From Macrostomum lignano (Eukaryota), in contig NIVC01001121.1 in assembly GCA_002269645.1 (NCBI GenBank), positions 124,001 to 188,000 on the forward strand: 64,000 nt of DNA. Reading direction: 5' to 3'. Shown here in pieces: positions 63,586 to 64,000 of the stretch. The first letter of the stretch is position 1, and each line of letters begins with the position of its first letter. Both the position numbers and the translations under genes were made by a program. The notes under the pieces are model-generated. The model had not been told where the DNA came from. It ran no database searches and worked only from the letters and a program-made list of their open reading frames with translations.

Positions 63586-64000
63586 GCTGTGAAATGAGCC
63601 GCGGTGTCAAGAAGCACAGGTAGTAAAATGACGTAACACTTGCTGTGACGCAACATTTGCTGTAACAGCCCCATTTCGTCTCAAATTTTACCAAGATAAG
63701 ATTAAAATTAAGTGTAGACGTGTGATGACAAAAAACAGACTTTGTTTTCTTTCATTATTCATTTGCAATTTTAAACTTTTATTTGAAGTGGTCACTTACT
63801 CTTACTCGGAATCTATTTTTTAAATCGAGACTATTTTTTAAACAAAAAGCGCTGTTTGGTTTTTTTAATTTTTTTGTTTAACTATTTTGCAAGATTAGTT
63901 CATCAAATAGTTAACTAGTACTCAAGTTTAAGATCATGAAACATCCAGCTGTACAATACACTGGTTTTGTTATAAATCTATACAAGTATGTAAATTTGAC

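Noticed and set aside
52066-64000. Functional link between the MPEG1 cluster and the neighbouring ABCA, CNOT6 and SLC25A51 genes as one system
   Set aside because: Adjacency in a eukaryotic genome is not evidence of co-function. No shared regulatory signal was demonstrable.

Overview
Intron-rich eukaryotic (metazoan) genomic DNA. It has GC-rich exons, short AT-rich GT-AG introns and very dense minisatellites. That style suggests a free-living flatworm such as Macrostomum, but the organism is an inference only. Genes from left to right: (1) a very large full-length ABCA transporter on the minus strand (about 1068-28042, roughly 5,000-5,600 aa by hand count). Its first extracellular domain is expanded to about 3,500-4,000 aa, contains about 13-15 repeated Cys-x(20-29)-Cys loops, and has two furin-type sites at its base. 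(2) GLT1D1-like glycosyltransferase (+, 8 exons). (3) CCR4/CNOT6 deadenylase (+, 5 coding exons). (4) SLC25A51-like mitochondrial carrier (+, 3 exons). (5) Three diverged perforin-2/MPEG1 paralogues (-, +, +) with identical intron positions but different P2 hairpins, linkers and tails; the middle copy has a 1-nt frameshift. Also present: more than 20 distinct tandem arrays, a tRNA-derived SINE, a LINE 3' fragment, two TIR/foldback-like elements, and two local duplications plus scattered 1-nt indels that are probably partly assembly error. All homology calls come from recalled protein motifs and manual splicing; no database search was run.
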